Shown here: positions 20,962 to 32,053 of the stretch, piece by piece
Position numbering within the stretch: position 1 is the first letter of the stretch
Layout of the letters: the number at the start of each line of letters is the position of its first letter
IMG/VR virus record: IMGVR_UViG_3300037493_003061
Coordinates: 789 to 64,788 of that record
Reading direction: 5' to 3' (one strand)
Source of the DNA: a virus
Taxonomy: Duplodnaviria; Caudoviricetes
Length of the DNA stretch: 64,000 nucleotides
The notes under the pieces: generated by a model
What the model was told of the DNA's origin: nothing
What the model saw: the letters and a program-made list of their open reading frames with translations, nothing else
Database searches by the model: none
Position numbers and translations under genes: made by a program

Positions 20962-23900
20962 TATTCAATATTTTCAATATCTAACCAAATTTCACCAAAT
21001 TTATCAAAGGCACTTTTACCTTGTTTTAAACCAAAATAAAAATAAAATGGGTCACCAGTCAATATAGTATTAATTGTCGGGTTATTTCTATCCCAAGTAT
21101 CTGATTTATATTTATTATTACCCGAACTATCTATTGAATAAATATACCCCTTGAAGTCTTTTGTTATATTTGATTGATTTGTCCTAAAATATCTAGAATC
21201 TTTTTTTAATCTATCCAATTCTTGATACCTATAACTGAAAAACACTTTACCGTTAATACCCTCAGTAAACCAGTCATTTTCATCACTACCAAAAATAGTA
21301 CTAGGGTCACCATCTATTATCTCCCATTGATAGAATGGTACTTCTTGTGATTTAACAGGTATATATGAATAACACCTGTCGTCAGTAATATTACCATTTT
21401 CAGAATATAAATTTCTTTTTGGTGATATAAAATCCCTATTTTGCATACTTGAACTAAAAAACACCCCAATAGTACTGTCATCATTAGGATTACTAAAAAT
21501 TGATTTGGCATCATACACATCAGAATCAAAAGGTACAACACCAAACTGAGAATTTATTCCAACCATCTGAGCATAATCACCATCAATAAAGTTATTACTT
21601 CTACTAAAATAAATATTTATATTCGCCGCAGATGCGTTATTCAAAAATCCTGAACTGGTTATCCTATTTAGGATGAATAAATTTAACAAATCGGAAACAT
21701 CGTTAAAAGTTGTCGTCCCCATTTTATTAACAACATACCCACCATACGCATCGTTCATAGCCACTTCTTGTGTAAACACATCTCTAGGACCTAAATCCAT
21801 AATTGTGGTTGGGTAGTTCAACAAATTCTTATTACCCCCATAACTATTATCAATAGGTTGACCAACAAATTTATTATCGTCAGTATATGGTGTTGGCCGA
21901 TAATAAAAATTATTAGTGTTTTTATCTAAATAAATTATTTTATCGGCAAATAAATTGTAAGGTTCAACTTCATCATCAAACCTGCGAACATTAGCGAAAG
22001 GAAATGCATATAAAGTACCATTAACCCAGTTATTTGAAAACACGTGTGAAAATACATTTTGACAAGCAGCAAAATTAATTAACATTCTAGTCCTCCATTC
22101 ATTGATTGATGCCAAATCTCTAACAATACTTAAAAATGGTATTGACACTAATACATAACACCCCTTTTCCATAATAGGTTTATTAAATACCGTACTACAT
22201 TCATATAATTCTGCATCTTTTTTAACGTCAAATTTATTAAGTCCCGTACTTGCATCATATTTTGACGTATAACATCCTAACGGTAATAAATTACCACATT
22301 GGAGGGTACCTAAAACGCTATCATCCTGTCCATCACCGTTTGTCGGTACACCTGACGACACATTAACCTCATCAGATAAACCAACATCATCTAATAAAAA
22401 TACCTCAAAACCAAGATTAGCATGTAATGGTCTAAAACTATCATAACCAGGCTTTGGTTGATAATCAAAAGTTGATAAGGGTAAACGGTCTGAACGCATA
22501 ACTATATAATTATTACCTAAACTCGTAGTTTTTTTAATTTCAAACGTATCAGTAATTTTAGGACATTCATATTCTGTCTTAACACATGATTTACCAGCCC
22601 TGGGCGGAGTGTCACATTTACAGTTACCATGTTTACCAATATACACACTACTCATTCGTAAATAAGTGCCGCCCTCAATATTTTCACCAAGATAATAACA
22701 AGGTTTATTCACCACAGTATTTGAGTACGTAAATTCGGGGAAATATTGTTCACTTTCACTATCATCACCTCTTCGTCTAACCCATCTGTTAATATATTCA
22801 TTCGTTTTGTAATAAAATGTCGGTAATAGATTAGGACTGTTGCTATTAGTTGTACCATAAACTGATTCAACCTTACTACCATTAACATCAAAACCACCAT
22901 TAAGACCTTTCAGAATTGAATAATCCTTATCTAAACCTGAATAATATTGAGTTAATGTTGTTGTAAATCCGGACATCTGAGTACCAGGTAAAAATTGAAA
23001 TGATTTATGATATAATCTATTATTTGAATATGTGTCAATCGTATGATTATCACCATCATGTTTAACATTCAATGGTTTACCCTGAATCGGAATATTTAAT
23101 TTATATTGACCATTCACTTTTACATTTCCAAAAGTATCAAAACCAAACAATTTACTTAAATCATATTCACATGTTGTCCTACTGGAATGTGGGTCAACAC
23201 CTCTAACTAAAAACACGACAAATTGTTTTTGATAATCGGTATATTCTTTCAACGGATTATAATCTTTTTTTCTCATTGAATTACAATCCAATTTTAAACC
23301 ATCAGGTAGCTCTCCACTTGGATTTATCCTACTAACTTTTAAAGTATACATTTCATTATCAAGATAACGTGATTTTAATGAATTCTCTAAAGTTGTACCA
23401 ACAGCTTTTTGTTCATATTGACCATAAGTCATACCTGTAATGACTTGAAAGTACTCTACGTCCATTGGGAATTTTTGATACAAACCATCTTCAGTATTTC
23501 CAGTTAAGAGGTACGTAGTGACTTTATTGCCACTAACCCCATCAGGATTTGCCCATTCAACATTTACTGTTGTTGTTGTTGCACTTTGTAATATTGGAGT
23601 TCCAGATATTGAATAAGTACCATAGTCATTAACCGTACTACCTGTGTAATTCATATCACTTGATTTAGCACTATCTTGAAATGTTACCAGCTTACCACTA
23701 CTAAAATTATTAGCAACCTGAGGGCTTATAATTAACGCAATAACATTATCTAAGTGGTAATTTGTAGGGTTCAAATCGGTAGCAAACCTAACTTTAATTT
23801 GATTAACACCCCTACCTTCATCAGCACCAGCGTTAAATATTTGATTCGGGATTGTATTATCAAAATATTTCGCTTTAACATTAAATAGATTAATACGTTC

Positions 23901-26204
23901 AGGTAATGGTAAATCCGTTGAGAATGTACCCCAATATATTGTTTCAGGTGTTGCATCATCTTCTTTAGGGTCGTACATAACCTCCAAAAATTCATTCAAT
24001 TGTGTTGTACCTCCCTCACCACATTTACACGCCTTAGGTGAATATGGTTCTTGACCTGATGAAATCCCATTAACAGTTGTACTAACACCGGTACCAATAT
24101 TACCCGAACTAGGAATTGGTTGACCCCCAAAAATACCTCCCAAAGCATTCCCACCAGCACCAGTAACAGTTGTCCCACTATAAAAAGTACCTATATAAAG
24201 TGGTGTTAATAACGCGGTTCCATTATTATTTACAGGTACATCATTAGGTGTACCACTACCACTACTACTTGAATTTTGACTCGCTTCTAATGACGCTAAA
24301 TCTTGTGAACCTAACGGGTCACACTCACAAAAATCACAGTCAGGAAACGTATAGTTAGGTAGTTTGAAATTCTTGAAATATTTTTTGATTTTATTAAGTG
24401 ATAAAAATAACCCAACCATTAACAAAGAATATCCGAAAGATTTAGCCGCTTTAAGTCCAAAAGCGGTTCCTAACGCAACGTTGGGTGGTGTCGCTAATAA
24501 CGCAGCACCCGCTGAAAATGCATCTTGTCCCGCTGAATAAATATATGAACCTGACATTATCAACATCAACGGACCCAAAATCACAATAACAATAAAAGAC
24601 AAAACATGCAGTAAAGTAACTATATTTAAAATAATCGGATACATCAAAAACAATAATATTCTAAATAACGTAAATAACGTATTATCTCTAAACTGTCCAT
24701 CATTAGACGGAAACTTATTGTTTTCACCTTCACAATCGGTATTTAAAATGTCTTTTATACCAATAAACCTACGATTATTCCGATTATTTCTAAATTGACT
24801 AATCAACTCAGATACCGTATACACCTTATTATATGAAAATTCGTAAAACTTATCCTCACAATTAATTGCGTCCTCAATATGTTTTAAACCAGTAAGATAA
24901 AATGGTGATGTTGTCGTAAGTCCAGTATACCCATAATCATCCCAATTCAATGAAAATGCATACGACGTATTTAAATCAATTAACGATTCGCCAGATTCCG
25001 GTTTTTTAGGACTACTTGACGAACCCCAACCATATTCACGAATGTTTGGTACTAAAAAATAACCACGTTTAACCTTATCTTCCATAGTAGGTGATTGATT
25101 CCATTTTACTTTGAATCTATATCTTGATTTGGTTGGAATACCTTGAGATGGGTCGGCAGAAATCACTTGTTCACCAAATTCATTGGTTATCACATAATCC
25201 ATGTTCATTGGTAAATCTAAAACCCAAACACCATTTTCATCAATGACTTGACCACCATTTTGTAATTCAAAATTTTCTAACGCAGGTCTCCCTTTACTAT
25301 CAAAATCAATTGTCTGTCTAATTGCCCTAATTTCACCAGGACCAACACTCATTGAGCACAATTCTCCTAACTTTTTCTTAGGTTTATGATTAGCCTTAAT
25401 CATTGCATCATCAATTGATGAAACCAAAGAACCCATAAAAACAGCTGTTGGTCTAATATCAATATTAACTTCTTTACTGATATCAAAATCAGTACGAGTG
25501 ATACCTAAATTACATATTTCAGGTTGTCCCCATAATGGTTCAACCTCAACATTTCTATTAATAGATATAATTTGTGGTAACGAATCTAAATTATTTGATG
25601 ACTTAAATAGATTTTTATTAACCATATCTTCGGTTGCAACCCCCATTCTAATTAAATCATTAGGTGTTAATGAGAACTCACCAATATCCGATAAATCTAA
25701 ATCAACAAATATTGTTTGTTGACCTGTCGGAACACCAAATAACATAAAGTCACCACTGTCGTTAGTAGTTGTCGTATATTTATAATACTTGTCATAAACC
25801 TCAATTAATGTGGGGTCAATAAGAACGTCCACCCTATCAAAGAAAGTACCTGTTGGTGTGTGATTACTATGAGATTTGGTATACGGTAATAAGTTATACC
25901 TATAACCATCAACATTTTGGTCTGTTGTTGTTTTATACGGATATAATTCTGAAATAATTGGATTTGTTGAATCCTCATCAGTTAATGGGATGAAAATAGA
26001 AACTTTCGCATTAGGTAAGCCAAATCCATTATTAACACTAATTCTACCAACAACAACCCCATAATCGGAACATTGTCTCGTATAAATTTGTTCTTGTAAT
26101 ATTTTTAACGATAAAATCTCAATATACTCAAACTCTTGGTCTATTAATACTTTAATTGATTTATCTACTCCTGGGGTTGTTCTAATTCTGTAAGAATTTG
26201 ACAT
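20961..26204 (-). CDS. Large baseplate/tail protein with N-terminal carboxypeptidase-regulatory-like (prealbumin-like) domain and central hydrophobic helices
   Basis: VVVGRI..NNGFGLPNAKVSI ... TTTNDSGDFMLFGVPTG; hydrophobic stretch at ~24400-24685. Confidence 0.6.
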   Translation of the reverse strand: MSNSYRIRTTPGVDKSIKVLIDQEFEYIEILSLKILQEQIYTRQCSDYGVVVGRISVNNGFGLPNAKVSIFIPLTDEDSTNPIISELYPYKTTTDQNVDGYRYNLLPYTKSHSNHTPTGTFFDRVDVLIDPTLIEVYDKYYKYTTTTNDSGDFMLFGVPTGQQTIFVDLDLSDIGEFSLTPNDLIRMGVATEDMVNKNLFKSSNNLDSLPQIISINRNVEVEPLWGQPEICNLGITRTDFDISKEVNIDIRPTAVFMGSLVSSIDDAMIKANHKPKKKLGELCSMSVGPGEIRAIRQTIDFDSKGRPALENFELQNGGQVIDENGVWVLDLPMNMDYVITNEFGEQVISADPSQGIPTKSRYRFKVKWNQSPTMEDKVKRGYFLVPNIREYGWGSSSSPKKPESGESLIDLNTSYAFSLNWDDYGYTGLTTTSPFYLTGLKHIEDAINCEDKFYEFSYNKVYTVSELISQFRNNRNNRRFIGIKDILNTDCEGENNKFPSNDGQFRDNTLFTLFRILLFLMYPIILNIVTLLHVLSFIVIVILGPLMLIMSGSYIYSAGQDAFSAGAALLATPPNVALGTAFGLKAAKSFGYSLLMVGLFLSLNKIKKYFKNFKLPNYTFPDCDFCECDPLGSQDLASLEASQNSSSSGSGTPNDVPVNNNGTALLTPLYIGTFYSGTTVTGAGGNALGGIFGGQPIPSSGNIGTGVSTTVNGISSGQEPYSPKACKCGEGGTTQLNEFLEVMYDPKEDDATPETIYWGTFSTDLPLPERINLFNVKAKYFDNTIPNQIFNAGADEGRGVNQIKVRFATDLNPTNYHLDNVIALIISPQVANNFSSGKLVTFQDSAKSSDMNYTGSTVNDYGTYSISGTPILQSATTTTVNVEWANPDGVSGNKVTTYLLTGNTEDGLYQKFPMDVEYFQVITGMTYGQYEQKAVGTTLENSLKSRYLDNEMYTLKVSRINPSGELPDGLKLDCNSMRKKDYNPLKEYTDYQKQFVVFLVRGVDPHSSRTTCEYDLSKLFGFDTFGNVKVNGQYKLNIPIQGKPLNVKHDGDNHTIDTYSNNRLYHKSFQFLPGTQMSGFTTTLTQYYSGLDKDYSILKGLNGGFDVNGSKVESVYGTTNSNSPNLLPTFYYKTNEYINRWVRRRGDDSESEQYFPEFTYSNTVVNKPCYYLGENIEGGTYLRMSSVYIGKHGNCKCDTPPRAGKSCVKTEYECPKITDTFEIKKTTSLGNNYIVMRSDRLPLSTFDYQPKPGYDSFRPLHANLGFEVFLLDDVGLSDEVNVSSGVPTNGDGQDDSVLGTLQCGNLLPLGCYTSKYDASTGLNKFDVKKDAELYECSTVFNKPIMEKGCYVLVSIPFLSIVRDLASINEWRTRMLINFAACQNVFSHVFSNNWVNGTLYAFPFANVRRFDDEVEPYNLFADKIIYLDKNTNNFYYRPTPYTDDNKFVGQPIDNSYGGNKNLLNYPTTIMDLGPRDVFTQEVAMNDAYGGYVVNKMGTTTFNDVSDLLNLFILNRITSSGFLNNASAANINIYFSRSNNFIDGDYAQMVGINSQFGVVPFDSDVYDAKSIFSNPNDDSTIGVFFSSSMQNRDFISPKRNLYSENGNITDDRCYSYIPVKSQEVPFYQWEIIDGDPSTIFGSDENDWFTEGINGKVFFSYRYQELDRLKKDSRYFRTNQSNITKDFKGYIYSIDSSGNNKYKSDTWDRNNPTINTILTGDPFYFYFGLKQGKSAFDKFGEIWLDIENIE

Positions 26205-26274
26205 AATAATCTTTTAACATAAATAGTTTATATACTATTTTTAAAAATAGATGATTATATTCAAAAATAAATTA

Positions 26275-28113
26275 TCAACCGAAATTAACTGTAGATAGAT
26301 TTTTAACTCTCACATTAATATCTTTATTAGAATACCTAATTTGGTAAGTTTGACTTGGTTCTGCGAATATGGTATCATCAATCAATTCTATTTCTCTAGT
26401 TTCACTATCAACATATCTTTGTGATGTTTGAGATGATGAGTATTGACCACCAACTTTATTAAATACTTTAATATCTGATAACGATATTACACCATTTTGA
26501 CTTTGAATTTGTCGCCTAATTTCAGATAAATTTACATTCTGACCCATTTGTCTATTAGTTGGTTCAAAATAAGTTGATACTAAAGTTATTATTTGTGAAA
26601 TAACAGCACCTTGTGTTTGACTATTATCTAAAACCACATCTATATTTATACCTAAATCAATAACATTTGCCGATTCAATTGAAATATAATCATTTATCAT
26701 TCTATAGTTAGAAAGATAGTTAGCGATATTACTCTTTAAGGTATTTGAAACTATTTCACTTAAACTTCCAGATTCATCATATGCCAAAATCTTTATTTTA
26801 ATCTTATTATTTTCTTCAGTTATCGCAACTTTAGCCGGTGCTCCAAACTGTGATGGCATTGTTCTAATCAACGAGTCATAGTCATTTACGGTTACCGCTC
26901 TTTTTTGAGCTGCGAAGTTAAACGATACTAAATTTCTAATCTCTTCCATAGTTGGGAAATTAGCCCCACCAATAGCCGCCGTCACATTAGTACAACTAAG
27001 TGAATTTACAACCGTAGTGTTAATTGATTCTGATGGACCATTAACAAAGAAAGATACCGTACCAATTTGACTTATAACATTAACACCAACGTTAGTACCT
27101 GTACCACCACCAACTCTATATTGAACAAACAATGTTGAATTTCCTTTTAATGTACTACCTAACGCCAAGTTATTAGAATACTTGTATAAATCCAATTTAA
27201 AACCATTTCTAGCAAATTCTCTTAACTGTTCATCAGCAGATTGACTACCACCACCAAATGTCATTTTTAAGAAACCTTCAGGTGTGAATTCAGAGATAAA
27301 CTTATCACTAGTTGCAATATATTTACCAACTTTAATACCAGGCTTATCCGATACTTTTGTTGGGTCCTCAATGAATACTCTGTCCTCAGCCAAAGCACTT
27401 ACCTCATACCATCTATCATCTAACCCCAAAAATTCTTGTGCTGAAGGTATATTAGTATATTGTGTACCATCTTTTAATAAGACACTTGTTATACCTAAAA
27501 CATTCTTATCAGGTAAAAACATTTCATAAAAAGGTCTAACATCATTAGCCGTTATAACTTTTTTAAATACCTTTGTAAGACCATTAACAACAGTTTCTCT
27601 TTTCACTATCGTGTAATTCAATAACTTATTGTTTGAATCAAAATTAGGAATCTTTTTTCTGTTTGGATAACCATCAGCATTTGTTGGTGATGCAAAATCA
27701 ATGTCATAAACAGTTTCAAAACTTTGACCTGCGCCATTAACTTGTGAACCTCTTCTCAAGATACCACAATATCTTAAATCTTCTTTATCACCATACGCCG
27801 GCACAGTTATTGATAAATCAACTAACGCAACTGAAGGTCTTTGACCTGGTATCTTCAAACCATATGTTCTAGCGATATTAAATATTGAAGAAGGTTGTTG
27901 AGCGTATTGTAATACAGTTTCCTGAATACTTCTATCAATATTAAATTGTAAGTTGTCCGTTACCGCAGCATTTAAATCTAATAAAACCGAGAAAACCGAC
28001 GCATCATTAAAGTTGTCAATTAATTCAGGATAATATGTTTTAGTAAAGTTTACTAATTCAGTTCTTATTGATTGGAAATCTCTAGTCGTATAAGATATTT
28101 TTTTATTTGCCAT
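26275..28113 (-). CDS. Baseplate wedge subunit (T4 gp6 / baseplate J-like)
   Basis: YTTRDFQSIRTEL, FNDAS...LLDL, YRVGGG...NV, GGA..PT.EEIR...F.AQKRAVTVNDY motifs. Confidence 0.85.
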   Translation of the reverse strand: MANKKISYTTRDFQSIRTELVNFTKTYYPELIDNFNDASVFSVLLDLNAAVTDNLQFNIDRSIQETVLQYAQQPSSIFNIARTYGLKIPGQRPSVALVDLSITVPAYGDKEDLRYCGILRRGSQVNGAGQSFETVYDIDFASPTNADGYPNRKKIPNFDSNNKLLNYTIVKRETVVNGLTKVFKKVITANDVRPFYEMFLPDKNVLGITSVLLKDGTQYTNIPSAQEFLGLDDRWYEVSALAEDRVFIEDPTKVSDKPGIKVGKYIATSDKFISEFTPEGFLKMTFGGGSQSADEQLREFARNGFKLDLYKYSNNLALGSTLKGNSTLFVQYRVGGGTGTNVGVNVISQIGTVSFFVNGPSESINTTVVNSLSCTNVTAAIGGANFPTMEEIRNLVSFNFAAQKRAVTVNDYDSLIRTMPSQFGAPAKVAITEENNKIKIKILAYDESGSLSEIVSNTLKSNIANYLSNYRMINDYISIESANVIDLGINIDVVLDNSQTQGAVISQIITLVSTYFEPTNRQMGQNVNLSEIRRQIQSQNGVISLSDIKVFNKVGGQYSSSQTSQRYVDSETREIELIDDTIFAEPSQTYQIRYSNKDINVRVKNLSTVNFG

Positions 28114-28119
28114 ATTTTT

Positions 28120-28575
28120 TTATATATTTATAATTACAAAGTCACTTGGGTTAAATGCATCATTAGTTACGACATAATCAATCCTAACTTTAGCGGTATG
28201 TTCTTTTTCGGAAATTCCAGGTACTCTAAACACTCGTTCATCCCCCTCAACATAAGTACCTTTATCTTCTTCACCATCCGATGCAGCTTTAATACTTATA
28301 TTCGTTATTTTAAGATTTGGTAAATATTCATCCACAGAATCCCTAATTTCAGACTCTATTTCTGAAAATGTCGGACCGTCAAGTGGTTCAAAAATATATT
28401 CATATAATCTTGTACCAAAATCAGGTAAATAATATCTAGTTCCCTTTCTTGTCAATAAAAGGTGAATCAAACTACTTCTAATCTCTTCATCATTCGTTTG
28501 TGATAAATCTAAAAATTTACCATCAAAAGAATCCCTAAAAGGGAAGTTAATACCATACGTATTTCCATTTGCCAT
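28120..28575 (-). CDS. Baseplate sheath-initiator (T4 gp25 / GPW-like)
   Basis: GINFPF, IRSSLIHLLLTRKGTRYYLPDFGTRLYEYIFEP. Confidence 0.9.
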   Translation of the reverse strand: MANGNTYGINFPFRDSFDGKFLDLSQTNDEEIRSSLIHLLLTRKGTRYYLPDFGTRLYEYIFEPLDGPTFSEIESEIRDSVDEYLPNLKITNISIKAASDGEEDKGTYVEGDERVFRVPGISEKEHTAKVRIDYVVTNDAFNPSDFVIINI

Positions 28576-28623
28576 ATTATATAAATATAATGTTATAATA
28601 TTTCCAATAAATAGATATAAAAT

Positions 28624-28653
28624 AAAAAACTCCCGACAGTGCCGAGAGTTTTT
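28624..28653 (-). terminator. Terminator after nrdA
   Basis: - strand ACTCTCGGC-ACT-GTCGGGAGT followed by a T-run. Confidence 0.65.
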
Positions 28654-28668
28654 AAAATTTAGTTTTTT

Positions 28669-31086
28669 CTACGAAGAACAACCGAAACAGTCAAATTGAG
28701 AATCACTTGGTTTTTCAGGTAAAACATCAACTTTTGGTTTTTCATTCTTATTAGTTCTATCTTTTTTTGTAATATCCACCGCTAAGTGTTTTGCACCTGT
28801 TGAAATAGCTTTAGTTCTAATATAATAACTTAAAGTTTTCAACCCTTTATCCCATCCATGAAAGTGTGATGATGTAATTTTAGATAATGTAGGATTACTC
28901 ATATAGATATTCATTGATTGAGATTGGTCAATAAATGGTGCTCGTTCAGCTGCCATATCAATCAATTCTCTTTGTGAAATTTCCCAAATTGTTTTGTATT
29001 TGTTAATTAAATGTTCAATACGTTTAACTTTTTTGTTATAGTTTTTATCCTCAACATCAAGATAATTATTAAAGTTAATATTTTGAATTGACCCTTCATT
29101 TAATATGATATCATTTTTCAACTCCTCACACCAAATACCAATTTTCTCAAAATCCTGAATTAAATATTTGTTAACAATTAAAATTTCACCACCAACAACA
29201 CGTCTGTTAAATAATGCTGAGTGAGCCGGTTCAGTCATTTCAAATGACCCAGTAATCTTTGCCGAAGATGCTACAGGCATCTGAGCTGTGAATAATGAAT
29301 TACAAATACCGTGTTTCATCACATTATCTTTTAATGAATACCAATCCCACATTCCCGATAAATCATCCTCAGTTAACCCCCACATATCAAATTGGAACAC
29401 TCCTTGAGACATTGGTGAACCTTCAAAGTGTCCATATGGTTTATATTTCCCTTCAACACATAATTGATTACTTTCAGTAATTGTTGCGAAATAAATAGTT
29501 TCAAAAATTTCTTTATTTAATTTTCTCGCTTCATCAGATGTGAAAACATAATCCATTAAATAAAACACGTCAGCTAACCCTTGTACACCAATCGCAATCG
29601 CTCTTTGTTCTAAACCACCTTTAAGACCTTTCTGAGTTGAATAACTATTAATATTGATAACCTTATTTAAGGTTCTAGTCACCTTTCTAACCTCATCATA
29701 TAATAATTTGAAATCAAATTTACCATCAACTATGAAGTTTTTTAACACCATAGAGGATAATGTACAAATAGCGGTAGTTTCTTCGTCAGTATATTGGAAT
29801 ATCTCAGCACATAAGTTAGATTGATGAATAACACCAATGTTTTGGTGGTTAGTTTTCTTATTAGCATTATCTTTAGAACACAAATAAGGAACACCTGTTT
29901 CAATTTGAGACTCCAAAATTTTAGTCCAAACCTCAGTCGCACTTACTTTTTTACCAAGACCTAACTCAATAGCTTTTTTGTAATTTGTTTCGTATTCATC
30001 ACCATAAGATTCTTGTAATGGTTTAATACCCGCTTTCTTAATGTCGTTAGGACAGAACAAATACCAATCAGAATTGTTTCTAACCGCATGCATGAAGTTG
30101 TCAGGAACCCATAACGCCGTGAATAAATCTCTAGCCCTTAATTCGTCTTTACCAGTATTCTTTTTAATATCTAATAAATCAAAGATATCTTTATGCCAAG
30201 GTTCAATGTAAATAGCCGCACTACCAGGTCTTCTTCCTTGTTGATTAAAGAATCTTAATCCTTCATTAACAATTTTTAAGTATTTCAATAAACCACCCGC
30301 GAATCCACCTGAACTTGTAATACGACTTTCTTTACTACGTAAGTTTGACATACATAAACCAATCCCCGCAGCATCAGACGAATATGTTGATATATCACTG
30401 AAGGTATTTAACAAACCTTGTCTTGAATCCGAATCATTGTAATGTAATACACAAGACGCTAACTGAGGAACTAATGTACCTGAGTTAATCATAATAGGCG
30501 TCGCCTTAGAAATTCGTTGTTCTGATAACGATTTATAGTAATCAATAGCTTCTTCATATGTATCGGTTACCCATAAAGCAATTCTCATATACATATGTTG
30601 TGGTCTTTCAATCGCAACACCATTTGGTAATTTTAACAAATACATTTCTTGTAAAGCTTTCCAAGCGAAAAAGTCAAAGTTATAATCATTTTCGTGATTA
30701 ATAACTGAATCAATGTTATTCGCACCGTATTCCTCAATAGTACTAATTAAGTTATCGTGGATAATACCTTCATCGTGTAAGCTTTTCATCGTTTCAGAAA
30801 AACTATCTAAGGTATCTTTATGATACGCTGAGATAGCCACTGATGACGCCAATCTTGAGTAGTCATGATGACTACCAGTGTACGAGGACGCAATTTCATA
30901 CACTAATTTATCCAATTCTTTAGTTGTGATATAACCCTCAGTTGGTACTGAAGTTATCACTTTAATAAAAATCTCATCAGAATTAACATTAAGACCTTTT
31001 GAAGCTCTTTTAACCCTGTTGTAAATCTTTTGAGGGTTAAAAGACACTTTCTCGCCCCCTCTTTTTTTAATTTTTAATGACATCAT
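28669..31086 (-). CDS. nrdA: Ribonucleoside-diphosphate reductase class Ia alpha subunit with ATP cone
   Basis: IKKRGG ATP cone, QLASC, SNLCAEI, MPVASS, KTLSYY, C-terminal CFGC. Confidence 0.97.
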   Translation of the reverse strand: MMSLKIKKRGGEKVSFNPQKIYNRVKRASKGLNVNSDEIFIKVITSVPTEGYITTKELDKLVYEIASSYTGSHHDYSRLASSVAISAYHKDTLDSFSETMKSLHDEGIIHDNLISTIEEYGANNIDSVINHENDYNFDFFAWKALQEMYLLKLPNGVAIERPQHMYMRIALWVTDTYEEAIDYYKSLSEQRISKATPIMINSGTLVPQLASCVLHYNDSDSRQGLLNTFSDISTYSSDAAGIGLCMSNLRSKESRITSSGGFAGGLLKYLKIVNEGLRFFNQQGRRPGSAAIYIEPWHKDIFDLLDIKKNTGKDELRARDLFTALWVPDNFMHAVRNNSDWYLFCPNDIKKAGIKPLQESYGDEYETNYKKAIELGLGKKVSATEVWTKILESQIETGVPYLCSKDNANKKTNHQNIGVIHQSNLCAEIFQYTDEETTAICTLSSMVLKNFIVDGKFDFKLLYDEVRKVTRTLNKVININSYSTQKGLKGGLEQRAIAIGVQGLADVFYLMDYVFTSDEARKLNKEIFETIYFATITESNQLCVEGKYKPYGHFEGSPMSQGVFQFDMWGLTEDDLSGMWDWYSLKDNVMKHGICNSLFTAQMPVASSAKITGSFEMTEPAHSALFNRRVVGGEILIVNKYLIQDFEKIGIWCEELKNDIILNEGSIQNINFNNYLDVEDKNYNKKVKRIEHLINKYKTIWEISQRELIDMAAERAPFIDQSQSMNIYMSNPTLSKITSSHFHGWDKGLKTLSYYIRTKAISTGAKHLAVDITKKDRTNKNEKPKVDVLPEKPSDSQFDCFGCSS

Positions 31087-31104
31087 ATTAATTATAATAT
31101 TTTA

Positions 31105-32052
31105 TTAAAACTCATCTGTGAACGTAATTGTTTCATTCAATTTCGCTTTTTGGTATTCAAGGGTTCTATTTTCAAAGAAGTTTCCTTTAGTTTCAACCGC
31201 TATTTGTTCCATAAATTTGAAAGGTTGTTCAACATTAAATTCTTTACTACAACCTAACTTATATAATAAACCATCTACTACAAATTCTAAATATTGTTTC
31301 ATTAAGTTTTGGTTCATACCAATTAATGAAACAGGTAATGATTCAGTAATAAATTCTTTTTCAATTTCCAAAGCCGAAAGTAAAATTTCTTTAATACGTT
31401 TTTCACTTGGTTTATCTTCAATATGGTTGTTCAATATGTGAATCGCAAAATCACAGTGAAGATTTTCATCCTTAAAAATTAAGGAGTTAGCATCACATAA
31501 ACCTTGCATAATCCCTCTTGTTTTCAACCAAAAGATTGAACAGAATGAACCTGAAAAAAATATTCCCTCAACAGCCGCAAACGCTATTAATCGTTCTTGA
31601 AAAGATGCGTTTTCAATCCAATCTAAAGCCCATTTAGCTTTCTTTTGAACGGCCGGTAATCTGTCAATTGCGTGAAAACAATCATCTTTTTCCTTAGAGT
31701 CTGTGATATAAGTATCAATCAGTAAAGAATAAGTTAATGAGTGTTCATTTTCCATCGCAATCTGAAAACCATAGAAGAATTTAGCTTCAGGGTACTGAAC
31801 CTCTCTTGAGAAGTTCTCAGCAATATTTTCGTTCACAATTCCGTCCGATGCCGCAAAAAATGCTAAGATATTTTTTATAAAATATTTTTCATTATCTGAC
31901 AAATTTTCCCAATCTCGGATATCATCACTTAAATCAAATTCTTCAGCTGTCCAAAACGCCGCTTTGTGGTCTTTATAAAATTGCCATATATCGTGGTGTT
32001 GTATTGGGAATACCACAAATCTATCAGGGTTTGGTTTTAAAATGTTTTCCAT
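31105..32052 (-). CDS. nrdB: Ribonucleoside-diphosphate reductase class Ia beta subunit
   Basis: [26 protein letters not shown] (radical Tyr), [14 protein letters not shown]; probable start MENILK at 32052. Confidence 0.97.
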   Translation of the reverse strand: MENILKPNPDRFVVFPIQHHDIWQFYKDHKAAFWTAEEFDLSDDIRDWENLSDNEKYFIKNILAFFAASDGIVNENIAENFSREVQYPEAKFFYGFQIAMENEHSLTYSLLIDTYITDSKEKDDCFHAIDRLPAVQKKAKWALDWIENASFQERLIAFAAVEGIFFSGSFCSIFWLKTRGIMQGLCDANSLIFKDENLHCDFAIHILNNHIEDKPSEKRIKEILLSALEIEKEFITESLPVSLIGMNQNLMKQYLEFVVDGLLYKLGCSKEFNVEQPFKFMEQIAVETKGNFFENRTLEYQKAKLNETITFTDEF

Positions 32053-32053
32053 A

